From contig CM000431.1 in assembly GCA_000165345.1 (NCBI GenBank), forward strand, positions 800,001 through 864,000: DNA of 64,000 nt. Direction: 5' to 3'. Shown piece after piece: positions 1-10,152 of the stretch. A model generated the notes under the pieces. It worked only from the letters and a program-made list of their open reading frames with translations. It had not been told where the DNA came from and did not search any database. Positions within the stretch are counted from its first letter, which is position 1, and every line of letters starts with the position of its first letter. Position numbers and translations under genes: made by a program.

Positions 1-362
1 GAGCTTGTAATCCCTCCAAAACCTCTTCATCGTCACCAGCAGCAATTTCTTTATCACAGGGAGATTCTCCTTCGATGGAAGATTTTACTTCTATAAGAAG
101 TTGTTTTAGATCTTGACTATTTAATCCTTTTTTAACTTTTCCTGTACATGTTACAATAAAATCAGCACCACCAAGAATTGCACATCTAACCAATGACGAT
201 AATCTAGATGCTTCGTTGATTTCACCTATTTCTAGTACTACCTTCAATAATATGTTTGGGCCAATCAATGATTTTACACGTGCAATTTCATTTATTACCT
301 TCTCCATCTGCTGTAATAGCAATTGATGTGTATATTTGTATAACATTGGGTATATAAAGCTC
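1..362 (-). CDS. Deoxyribose-phosphate aldolase (DERA/DeoC)-like, exon 2. It runs off the window at the 5' coordinate edge, so the gene is partial.
   Basis: The minus-strand frame is open from 362 to position 1. Its translation ...LKVVLEIGEINEASRLSSLVRCAILGGADFIVTCTGKVKK... aligns to the DERA motif LKVIIETGEL...AGADFIKTSTGKV. It joins exon 1 through a 51-nt GTAAGT...CTTCAG intron (413..363). Confidence 0.7.
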
Positions 363-413
363 CTGAAGTAGAATATTAATGGCTCAAATTAATATAAACA
401 TGAATTAACTTAC

Positions 414-739
414 CTATAATCAACAACATATTCGATTTCATGTACTTTGTAATACTCAACTGCATTATATATTTCAGCATCAATAGCCTCCGAGCAGCCA
501 TCACCTCTTGGCCAAGCTACAACAGTGGATAATGCTGTGCTGCTATTTTCAGGTAGTGAATGTTTGACAGATGGAATAAATTGCGGATAGGTTGAAATAG
601 AAACAGGAGCTAAAAGTTGATCTGAAGATGCCTCTCTTATTGCATTCTTCAATAATTTATTGTTCATTTCCGAAGTGTAAAGTGTAAGCTCACAAACATT
701 TGCAACCTTTCTTAAAAATTCTTTTTGATCTTCTTTCAT
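414..739 (-). CDS. Deoxyribose-phosphate aldolase-like, exon 1 (N-terminal 109 aa).
   Basis: The ORF translation ...YPQFIPSVKHSL...STVVAWPRGDG...EIEYVVDYR matches the DERA N-terminal region (IYPRFIPIA...ATVTNFPHGND...EVDVVFPYR). The apparent stop TAA is part of a GTAAGT splice donor. Confidence 0.7.
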
Positions 740-974
740 ATTTTGGAGTTGGTAAATCTTCTAATGATAAAAATACTTTTTTTTTTGTATTAATATAAAA
801 ACTTTGGTCTACCCTAAATTATTTGGAAATCCAAGCCTATTTATTGAGCTTGATACTATCTGTTGAAAACCAAATATTTAATACTTTAGCCTTCACACAG
901 GTTTCTCAGGAAACCGTATTATTTATTAATATAAAAATTATTTAAATAATAAATTATATAAATAAGCAAATAAA

Positions 975-1032
<58 letters not shown>

Positions 1033-1857
1033 AAGAATTATAAAGCAAACATGCACACTATGCGCAACAACATGTCTCCTGCAGCTAGTGTTTTTTATTT
1101 TCAAAGATTCAAGCCGCAATGTAAGAAATTCGAAAATTAATACAATAAGTAAACATTAACTGTAAACAGATGGATTAGTTATAACAAAACTACTTTTATA
1201 GTAATATGTAAACCATAATTTCAATCTATTTTTTGGTATTTATAGAAAATGTACTAATTTCTGGCGCTCACATGTCACAATTCACTTTCAATTATTGATT
1301 CTATTGTATGTGAGAATTGGAAATTTGAAACTATTTCAGATGTATCCATACTTGAGAAGTAGTTTGACATTGCAGTTGCTGTTTTATAAGAATTTATGTT
1401 CATTGAACAATCAGAGTTATTGTCTTCTATTCCACCATCGCACTCGACATCTATTGCTTCACTTTTACTTTGAAAATTTATATCTATAGTGTTATTTGTC
1501 TTACTTAACATATCTATGGGGTCCACTCTCCAATAATTGAATGAATTATACTAAGGGAAAGAGTTAATAAAAGAAAGTCAATGGAACTATTCACAAATAA
1601 ACACATTGATATTTAGAAATCAAGTTCAAATTCATTAAAAAATTAGATTAAGAGAGATAGATCGAAATAAAACACTACCAAAATTTATTTCATCAGTCTA
1701 TCGTGTTTAATCCTATTTTCAATGATTTCACATTGCTTTTATATAGAATTTGAACCCAATAGTCTAATATGATCATGCTTACAATTTCAAGTGTTTATTT
1801 GTAAGAATAGTAGCAACATAACTGAAATGAGAATGGTAGCAGTAACTTTCCCTAATC

Positions 1858-2101
1858 TTAGACAATAATTTGATCCCGATCAATATTTTCTAAGTTACAG
1901 GTGCATGTCAACCAGTCACAGCCTCCATCTAAAGCAGAATGTTGCAGTAGTTTATATTTTCGACGAACCTGATCATCCAAAATATCCAATTGATTGTCAT
2001 CATTCTCAATAAAATTGCATGTATCTTTGTTTAAATTATTTTTTGTAGATTCGCTAAGCGGTGGGAACATATATTCAACTATTTCTGATAGAGTCTCGTA
2101 T
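1858..2101 (-). CDS. Probable 3' exon of the lipin gene (Cys-containing C-terminal tail). This is tentative.
   Basis: The lipin stop TAA sits inside a GTAAGT donor. A 50-nt intron (2151..2102, GTAAGT...TTTTAG) joins in frame to the 70-aa ORF 1858..2070. Intron size and signals match the other two introns in the window. Confidence 0.45.
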
Positions 2102-2151
2102 CTAAAATTGAGGTTAATATTTTAAGAAAAAACAAAATATTGTGAACTTAC

Positions 2152-3896
2152 GTTTTTGCATAGGTCTTATTTATATGATGTATCACCCCTTTTGGATCTA
2201 TTATGAAAATTTTTCCTTCGGGAATTCCTACATGAGAATATGAACGATAGTCGGTATCTCGATTTCCAAATCCGGCATAAAGGGGGTTTCTATAAATTGG
2301 GAACAAGTTTCGGATATCTCTCAAGGCAGCAATTTTGAAAATATATGGCTTTCTATCTATTACTTCTCTCTTAAATGATGGAAAGAGTCGATCAGGAGAC
2401 AAAAAAACAGGTCCATCCGGTAAAGTTACATTACCAGAATTTCCTACCTGCTTCAACCCAAATAAAAAGTCACGGGTTGCATCCGCTTGACCAATCGCCC
2501 TAGCAGTTAAGTAAACAATTTTGTAGCCATTGGATTCAATATTAGTCATAAGTTCCGCTACACCCTGGTGTGACCAATCTCTCCCAACAATTGGCATAAG
2601 CTGCCCCAATACATCCGAGCGTGTAATTGTGCCATCTACATCTGATACTACAATCCTCGAATCAGGAGGCCAAAGATAAATAGTCCCACTTACAGTCTTC
2701 CTACCCTGTAAAGAAGACTCAACAGTATAAGTTACTCGATTTGCGCCCCATTTCAAATTCATGCTTTTCAATTGGTCAGATGTTGGTCTCAAAGAGTGTC
2801 TGAGGTACTTAACTGGAGGTTTTGATCTGCATAAGTATATGCAATTTGGTGTGTTAGTTGGATTATCCATTCTTAATAAATTTGGAGAACTTGATATGCT
2901 TTCAATACTTTCAAATGAAGATACTTCACAATTGTCAACAGAAACAGGCGCTGTAAGACAGCCTTGAATATGAGATTTAGAAGAAAGTGGCAATGTTGAT
3001 GAGAGGCACCTATTTGCACGGTGGTTCCCACTAATGTGATCAAAGTTAGAGTCAATAATTCCACAGTCTGAAGATGAGCGGATTTTTTTGGAGCTTTTTT
3101 CGGGTATTCCTAAGAACTTCTTCAATGCTTGCGTTGATGGAGGCTTGCCAAATGCAATTATTGATGTAATTACTGGATAAAACGCTTTAATTGGATAATA
3201 AGGAGGCTTTCCATCTATAACTGCAACTAGGCACGAATGATACCAAAGGTCTGGATCATTTTCGAACTGTTCAAAGGAGATAATATTACTTTGAAATACA
3301 TATTCATCATGTCTTGAGTCTTCCTCACCTCCATATAGTAAGTGACCACAGAGAGATAGCGTAATGTTGTATCTCTGAAAAACTTCATTTATATTTTGAA
3401 TATTTTCATTTTCAGTTTCTATATTTGTGAAATTTGAAGGGTCAGTACTATCTGTCTTATTTCTATACTCGACAGTAGTTTCAAATGACTTAGCATGGGA
3501 TATATTTAAACTTGAATTATTTGCTGGCTGTGAAGGCGTACTAATTTCCACATCACTTGGCGATGATTCACGGGAATCCGTTGGAGAAGAAATGTTTTCA
3601 AAACTATCTTCAGGGGGATCATCTTGGTGAATAAAGTATGCCTCGCCCGCAGCTCCTAACTTCATTTTTAATGGGATATCATTCCCATTAACATTAATTG
3701 AGACATGTTTCTCTCTACTTTTAAGTAACTTTGCTTTACCAAATCTAACATGGAAAGGAGTGCTATGAAGTGTTCCGTCCGCCTGAGGTACCACAATGAT
3801 ATCAATACATCCGCTTAAGGTTGCTTGGTTTATGTCCAATACTGAGCTAACCGAGCTTACGATCCTTCCCCACATCTTCTTACTAAAAAAATACAA
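2152..3896 (-). CDS. Lipin / phosphatidate phosphatase (Ned1/Pah1 family), exon 1.
   Basis: The N-terminal N-LIP region ([30 protein letters not shown]) is present. The C-terminal HAD/LNS2 domain carries the catalytic DxDxT motif ([14 protein letters not shown]). Confidence 0.85.
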
Positions 3897-4405
3897 ATTA
3901 ATTCATATTATTATATATTTTGACACTATAAATCAGGATATGAAGCTCAATATCCAAATTAGTTCAATAATAGATTAGATAATAATCAGCTTGATTATAG
4001 GCGAGAATGCACAAATTGGTATATTCTGGCCTAATTAGATTGCTATTTCCTCATGAAATATCAATTAATCAAATATTTTTGGCGCTCAAATCAAAGGAAA
4101 ATGTTGGGGAGGGGAGAATCAAACAAAATTTTTGTTATAGAAAATTATTATGCATAATTATGTGGCTAGGTTAACTAATTCCTTGTAAAACCTCGGGTAT
4201 TGCTTTACCTATGTAGAATTGTGGAGATATTGTCTAAACATACACATTTTCTAATACATGAGTACTTAAGGACGTTAGGATCTAAACTGATAACTTAACG
4301 CTATTTTTTTCTTCATAAATTACATTATTTACTTTTTAGACGTTTCTTTTTCAATGTTTTTAGTTACTAATTAAAATAAAAGCGCCATTTTTTTTTGTTT
4401 GCTCA

Positions 4406-5374
4406 GTGTTTGCGAATACTATTCACAAATTCATGCAATCGAAAAAAATAGAATTACATGATACAGACTCGAATGCACCCTTGTTACCATACTTAAGGAG
4501 GCTATTCAATACACTAAATAGAGAAATATGTTTATTCTACCTTCCATTAAATTTACCTTGCATGTACTCAGTTCCTTTTATAGAACAAGAACATTTAATT
4601 AAAAACCTATCAAGCGCTGACAACATTGATATATCTAGTTCAAAAAAAAGCTTTAACAGAAATAACAAGGTAGAGTTAATTAAGAGTCTCTATGTATATA
4701 GACACTCAAAAGAGTTTTGTTATATTGAAAGCTGCATTGATAGTGTGAGAGTTAGTCTTAAGTTCTACTTTAAATGCGAATTTGAAAGAAGATTGTTCAA
4801 TCAGCTAACGATTTTTATGAAGAAGAATTCAGATTATTTGCAATTAGTGAGAAAAAAATCGATTGAAGGATTTGATATTAGCTTTTTAATTACAAACCAC
4901 ATTTTAAATTCATACAACAATAAGATTTGTATAAGTAATAAAAGTAACTATGATGGCCAAATGGGTAAATATGATGTGATTCATTTTATTTTGAAATTTG
5001 TTGTTGATATTGATAGACAAATTCAAGACAAAATGCTTCAATCAACATATTTCTCGAGATATTATATTAGAAAACTACTTCAAGAATTCAATGTTAATGT
5101 TTTATATAAGCAGAATAGCATCAATATTCCTAAACATAAAAAACAATTAGATGAAACAAACAAATCGGAAATAAAAGGAATAGATCCTAACAAAGCTGAA
5201 ATAAGTATCAGTGAGAAAAATAATAATTTATTAGAGACTAAAAAGAGCCTAACATCTACGAAAAATATCAATTCAGGAAGTATAGCAACTCAATTAAATG
5301 ATTCAATAGGCCGAGATGCTATTGTGCTGAAAGCACTGAAAACTAGGAATCGAATAAAAAATTTAATTAACTAA
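4406..5374 (+). CDS. Hypothetical protein (322 aa, K/N-rich). I recognise no domain.
   Basis: Long ORF in a gene-dense region. Its stop abuts the stop of the convergent kinase gene. Confidence 0.5.
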   Translation: MFANTIHKFMQSKKIELHDTDSNAPLLPYLRRLFNTLNREICLFYLPLNLPCMYSVPFIEQEHLIKNLSSADNIDISSSKKSFNRNNKVELIKSLYVYRHSKEFCYIESCIDSVRVSLKFYFKCEFERRLFNQLTIFMKKNSDYLQLVRKKSIEGFDISFLITNHILNSYNNKICISNKSNYDGQMGKYDVIHFILKFVVDIDRQIQDKMLQSTYFSRYYIRKLLQEFNVNVLYKQNSINIPKHKKQLDETNKSEIKGIDPNKAEISISEKNNNLLETKKSLTSTKNINSGSIATQLNDSIGRDAIVLKALKTRNRIKNLIN

Positions 5375-8300
5375 TCATTCATACAATAAAAATCTATAAG
5401 AAATTGTACTAACCTACATTCATTGTCAAGAATTATTTCCAAATTATTCGAGTTGCTTGAACCTGGGTAATTACTAATAAACTCTTTAGCATAAATAGTC
5501 AAGTTTGAATCAGAAGAAAAACACCATTCTATTTTGTACTTAATTTCTGAATATAAAATTGGATTGTTTTGATTATCAGTCAAGTATGAATTATTCACTA
5601 AATTTGAAAGTGCTAGATTATTTGCTTGATATGGCAAATACGAGGATTTGTTTGAAGAGTTCATTGATACATGTCTTCTATTGTCGCCAAAACTCCCACG
5701 AACTATTTGTACAATCCAGTGCAATAAAGGAAATCTACTCTTTATATGATTTTTCTGCTTTATAGTATCTACATTATTTAAAGAAATATTTCTCTGGCAT
5801 TTTATCCCCTTTAATAACAATAGCTGTCTTAATTTAAAAGACTTAACTTGATACTTGGTATTATTATTTAAAATGAATACATGAATTCCAGAATTTAAAA
5901 GCAATTCACAATTGCTAGTTAAGCCTACATTTACTAAAGGGATGATCATCTTAAACTTTGTGTTTCTGAGGATTTTATATATTATTCTTTCGAGTACTAT
6001 TTCGAATCCTACTGCCGAAATCCTATCATTGTTTTTTATTGAGCTATAATTCTTAAAAAATATTACTTTATTGGTATTGGCACTAATATACCAATTATCG
6101 AACCTTCCTCCTTTGACGAGTAGCTCAACATTTGATTGCTTTAAAGAAGCATACGAGGAATTAATATGGTTCAAACTATACCTATTTTCAAATATTAAAT
6201 CCATTATGCAGCCCACTTTACAAATTGGTATATTTTGTGAACAACTAAATGAAGATTCTGCATTTTGGTTGTTTTGATCACTAGAAGTTTCACCTGAAAA
6301 AATATAGAAAAAAAAACCTGATTCAAAAAAATTATTGTTTGAAAATAATATTGGATCAAAAAATATTTTTGTAATACCCAAATTAGTGTTGTTTAATAAA
6401 TTGTTGAATAAAAATATTCTATATATAACCTTCAGTAAATTAGGAGTAAATAATTCTGGATTTATCAATATTTCATTTTGATTTAGCATTTTTTCTTCAC
6501 TAAAATTGTCTGTTGTTTTAAAGTTCAATGCAAGACTGTTATTATAGCCTTTATTATTTACTAAGTTTATAAAAAGCGGATATCTTGTAACTTTCGCTAA
6601 TTCCTTGAAAAACTCATTTTTGCAAGTGATGATAAATTTTTTCTTTTCTATTTCAAACAAGTTGGAAACTTCATTTGTACCCTTATTAATTATTTCAATA
6701 AAATCATGTATTGAACCCTTGAAATCATTTATGATATATAAAATATATTCTACCACTTTTTCTAAAATTGAAGGGTATGATAATATTTTTAATCCAATGT
6801 AATATTTTAAAATTGGTTCTGGAAGCTCAGATTTAATTATATTTGATCCTTCAATTTCACGATCAAAATTGTAACTGTTTACGAACTCTGCAAGAGAAAT
6901 TAATGTGATTTTTTGTAAAAAATTGAGTAATTTCACTCTTGAAATTCCTATTGGAATTAAATTATGTAACCAAATCTGAATATATTTTGCCTTTTCATAC
7001 TTGATTCCAACCCAACTTTCCAACAATGAAATAAATAGCTGAGAATCTCCCCAAACTAAAATTGGTTGTCCAATGAACCTCTCATAAGGCTTAAGCGTAT
7101 CTAATGCTGTAATTATAATTTCAATATCATAATAAATTACAATATTATAATACCACATTGGAGAAATGTTTAAATTGCCACTAATATTTTGAACTTCAAT
7201 AGGAAATTCAATGAAATTGCTAATGCTATCAAATTCTTCAATAACACGATCGTTTATTTTTACTACAATCTCGTATGTTCCAAAAAGCAATTCTTTAGGA
7301 TGGCCGTGAGTCGTTGCGTATTTATTATTATTCGTATCCAAATTAATTAAATTATCCTGAGTATAAATTGAATCTATATAAAATCTTTTAATTACAGCTC
7401 CCATTCTTAATCCATGCCCATCCCCTAGTTGTGCAGACATATTTTTTAAAATATTATTGCATAGTACAAGAGGATTTCCGCTTCTATCTAGAAGTATAAC
7501 TCTTAAGGGGTTTTCGGAAATGGCTATGCTCTCGCTTAACTCACTATCGTCTTTGCTATTTTGTGAATTTTTCTTAGAGAAGTGCTTTCTCCCTTTTTTA
7601 TGTTTTTGTTGGGACTCAATTTCACATCTTTCATTAGTAGATAAAATTAAATAATCGAGATCAAAGTTAACTTTTCTTTCATTGCAGTTGATCTCATTCT
7701 GAGTTTTCTCATCAATAATTAAATTCTTATTGGTACTTTTTGGAAACAAAATGGGAATACCAACTTCAGTTGCACCATGTGTTTTGAAAATATTCTTTAT
7801 ATAAGAAATTAATTCGGATCTTTTCTTATAATAATGATGGTGATTTATTAATATATTATTTGATTGGAATGGGTAGATCCTATACCCAGAATTGTTTAGT
7901 TGAAAGGAGAAATATGAAAAGGATGCATTGCTTCGATAGAGTTGTTTGTCCAATGATCTTTTTTCAATTGAAAATAATGTAGAGAGTATTTGAATATTCT
8001 CGTGAATATATGGGTTCCTGCTAATAATATCGCATATCTTTTGAGAACTATATCCTTTTGCGCCATTTAAGTCAATATCGGTTGCACCTATAACTAGGTC
8101 TTCTGAATTCAAATAAAATTTCGTTTGTTTCAAAATCCATTCATTGTAAAGAAGCTGATAAGATGTAGGCCTTTCTTCTGGATTGTGGCTTAATAATGAC
8201 TTAATAAGCGCTCGAACTTTATTGGGAATATTACAATTGTTGGGAATAGTTCCATATTTGGTTAATTGAGTAAGTATCTGCACTCTTTCCATTCCTGTAT

Positions 8301-10017
8301 TAAAAGGAGGATGGTACATTTCAAATAAAATAACCCCAAGACTAAACATATCTGCGCTTTGATTATAAAAATTGCCTTTACATTGTTCAGGGGCCATATA
8401 AAACATCGTTCCCACTCCTGATGAAAGTTCATTATTTGCTTTTGAGCCATCAATTGAATTGCTTGAATAAGAAAATCTATCGAAGATATTAACAAATGTT
8501 GTGAGCCCAAAATCTCCTAATTTAACCAAGTACAAATTTTCGTCTTGTATTTCATTAGAATTTTCATCTAATTGTAAAAAAATATTTGAAGGTTTTAAGT
8601 CACGATGGATTACTCTCTTTCCATGTAAATATGAAAGTCCTTGAACGATCTGATAGAAAATATGCCAAATAAGCTTGTGGTTATTGCAAACTAATCCTTT
8701 ATCAATTGCATTTTGAAGAGAGTAACCAGAACAATATTCCATTTGAATAAATAAATAAATAGACTTTTTTTTCTCTCCATGAAATGATCCTTGGCTTGGC
8801 CCTTTATTTTTGTGTTCTGCAAGAGTAGAGAGATCATTTGATATATATTGAGCCGTCATTGCAGAGAATTGAGAAATTAATTCAGGAGCAAATGAGCTAT
8901 AAATATTTCCATCAAAAAAATCATTATTGATACATCTAGAATTACCATCAACAGATTCTTGAACCCAAGCATGGTAATACCTAACTATTTTTTCATGATT
9001 TAAGCAAGCAAGCATTGCAGCCTCATTTATTAACATGTGGTTTTCATGTAAATTTTTTGAGCCAAGTGGTATTTGTTTAATTGCATAAGTGCACTTCCCT
9101 CCAAAATGTTCTCGAGCCATAAATACAGAGCCAAATCCACCATACCCTAATATTTTAATAACCTCGAAGTTGTCTTCAAATCTATTTGAAGAAAAAATAT
9201 AATGACTATCTTCTTCATGATTACTCTCATTTAACGAATTTAATTTACATTCATAATCTCTAAGATATTCTTTGTCATTCTCAGCATTATTTCCTAAAGC
9301 ATTTTTAGGAACTATTTGAGTTTGATGTTTAGTTTCCTCAAATTTATTTGCACAATCCAAAATGCCCTTTATAATGTTTATTATTTGAGTGAGTCGGTAT
9401 TCAATTTGCGGATTTTTAAGAAATTTATCAATATTTGTTTTTATCTTTTCTTTAAAACTTTTGCTCATATTATAATGGGAAAGGTAACAAATATCTGGTG
9501 GAATCTTTGGGTATTGATTGTTGATTGAAATCTCTAATTCAAGTCCTTTAAATTGTTTTTCAACATTGTTTGGAGTGCAAGAGTTTGATAAATTCAAGTT
9601 ATTAAAAGAATTTAATACATTTCTTGAGCTTGGATGATCTTCTGGTGATAGTGGTCTGCTATCCAAAATTTTATTGTTAATATGGTCATCTAAAACAAAA
9701 CGTGTATTATTTATACTAATATTCCCAATCAAAACAGTCAGTAACAAATCTCTATTTGATATGGTAGTCTTTATATTTGATTCAGAGTTTGAAAAAAGGG
9801 ATGATGAGCTGTCAGTCACTTCGTCTTCGCCTTGATCATCTTCAAATAAAATCAAACTCCCACTGCTCCCATCAATGTTTGATAAGGAATTCAGTCCGCA
9901 AAACCTTGTACTTTCTGTTGAAATAAATCCAAAATCTAAAATGTGAACTATTGCATGCTCATCTTTAGAAATTATTTCCAGCTCTTCAGCTAGGCTGATA
10001 ATCGAATCTTTACTCAT
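5371..10017 (-). CDS. GCN2-type eIF2-alpha kinase: Ser/Thr kinase domain with a large insert, followed by a HisRS-like domain.
   Basis: Kinase motifs are present: GYGGFGSVF...AIK, HRDLKPSNIFL, DFGL, MFYMAPE. A long insert lies between the N- and C-lobes, which is typical of eIF2a kinases. Downstream, ELISYIKNIFKTHGATEVGIPILFP resembles HisRS motif 1. Confidence 0.75.
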   Translation of the reverse strand: MSKDSIISLAEELEIISKDEHAIVHILDFGFISTESTRFCGLNSLSNIDGSSGSLILFEDDQGEDEVTDSSSSLFSNSESNIKTTISNRDLLLTVLIGNISINNTRFVLDDHINNKILDSRPLSPEDHPSSRNVLNSFNNLNLSNSCTPNNVEKQFKGLELEISINNQYPKIPPDICYLSHYNMSKSFKEKIKTNIDKFLKNPQIEYRLTQIINIIKGILDCANKFEETKHQTQIVPKNALGNNAENDKEYLRDYECKLNSLNESNHEEDSHYIFSSNRFEDNFEVIKILGYGGFGSVFMAREHFGGKCTYAIKQIPLGSKNLHENHMLINEAAMLACLNHEKIVRYYHAWVQESVDGNSRCINNDFFDGNIYSSFAPELISQFSAMTAQYISNDLSTLAEHKNKGPSQGSFHGEKKKSIYLFIQMEYCSGYSLQNAIDKGLVCNNHKLIWHIFYQIVQGLSYLHGKRVIHRDLKPSNIFLQLDENSNEIQDENLYLVKLGDFGLTTFVNIFDRFSYSSNSIDGSKANNELSSGVGTMFYMAPEQCKGNFYNQSADMFSLGVILFEMYHPPFNTGMERVQILTQLTKYGTIPNNCNIPNKVRALIKSLLSHNPEERPTSYQLLYNEWILKQTKFYLNSEDLVIGATDIDLNGAKGYSSQKICDIISRNPYIHENIQILSTLFSIEKRSLDKQLYRSNASFSYFSFQLNNSGYRIYPFQSNNILINHHHYYKKRSELISYIKNIFKTHGATEVGIPILFPKSTNKNLIIDEKTQNEINCNERKVNFDLDYLILSTNERCEIESQQKHKKGRKHFSKKNSQNSKDDSELSESIAISENPLRVILLDRSGNPLVLCNNILKNMSAQLGDGHGLRMGAVIKRFYIDSIYTQDNLINLDTNNNKYATTHGHPKELLFGTYEIVVKINDRVIEEFDSISNFIEFPIEVQNISGNLNISPMWYYNIVIYYDIEIIITALDTLKPYERFIGQPILVWGDSQLFISLLESWVGIKYEKAKYIQIWLHNLIPIGISRVKLLNFLQKITLISLAEFVNSYNFDREIEGSNIIKSELPEPILKYYIGLKILSYPSILEKVVEYILYIINDFKGSIHDFIEIINKGTNEVSNLFEIEKKKFIITCKNEFFKELAKVTRYPLFINLVNNKGYNNSLALNFKTTDNFSEEKMLNQNEILINPELFTPNLLKVIYRIFLFNNLLNNTNLGITKIFFDPILFSNNNFFESGFFFYIFSGETSSDQNNQNAESSFSCSQNIPICKVGCIMDLIFENRYSLNHINSSYASLKQSNVELLVKGGRFDNWYISANTNKVIFFKNYSSIKNNDRISAVGFEIVLERIIYKILRNTKFKMIIPLVNVGLTSNCELLLNSGIHVFILNNNTKYQVKSFKLRQLLLLKGIKCQRNISLNNVDTIKQKNHIKSRFPLLHWIVQIVRGSFGDNRRHVSMNSSNKSSYLPYQANNLALSNLVNNSYLTDNQNNPILYSEIKYKIEWCFSSDSNLTIYAKEFISNYPGSSNSNNLEIILDNECRLVQFLIDFYCMND

Positions 10018-10152
10018 TTGATCGCATTTTTTTTATTAATTTCCTGTTAAATTAAAAAGAAATCAGTAGAGCGCCCAATTAAATTTCATAATTTGTTTCT
10101 TAGATGTTATAAGAAATGAATGGAAAAGTTAGCCAAATAAATCGATTGACAA

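Noticed and set aside
404-420. ACTTACC on the + strand (equal to GGTAAGT on the - strand), considered as a U1 snRNA 5' end or a splice-related ncRNA
   Set aside because: It is the GTAAGT donor of the DERA intron. No snRNA-like downstream sequence is present.
1275-1526. 83-aa acidic ORF (- strand) and overlapping 64-aa + ORF between DERA and lipin
   Set aside because: No recognisable domain. It could be a small real gene, but evidence from sequence alone is insufficient.
1858-2070. 70-aa ORF treated as an independent small Cys-containing gene
   Set aside because: It is better explained as the in-frame 3' exon of lipin via a canonical 50-nt intron.
2761-3064. Short ORFs inside or antisense to lipin (2761..2967 +, 2873..3064 -). 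Similar 60-90 aa ORFs lie inside other large genes, for example 5559..5765, 6071..6277, 8262..8510, 23179..23361, 26425..26646, 38246..38494, 43433..43684 and 51110..51356.
   Set aside because: They are embedded in, or antisense to, long conserved CDS and have low-complexity, AT-rich codon content. They are typical spurious ORFs.
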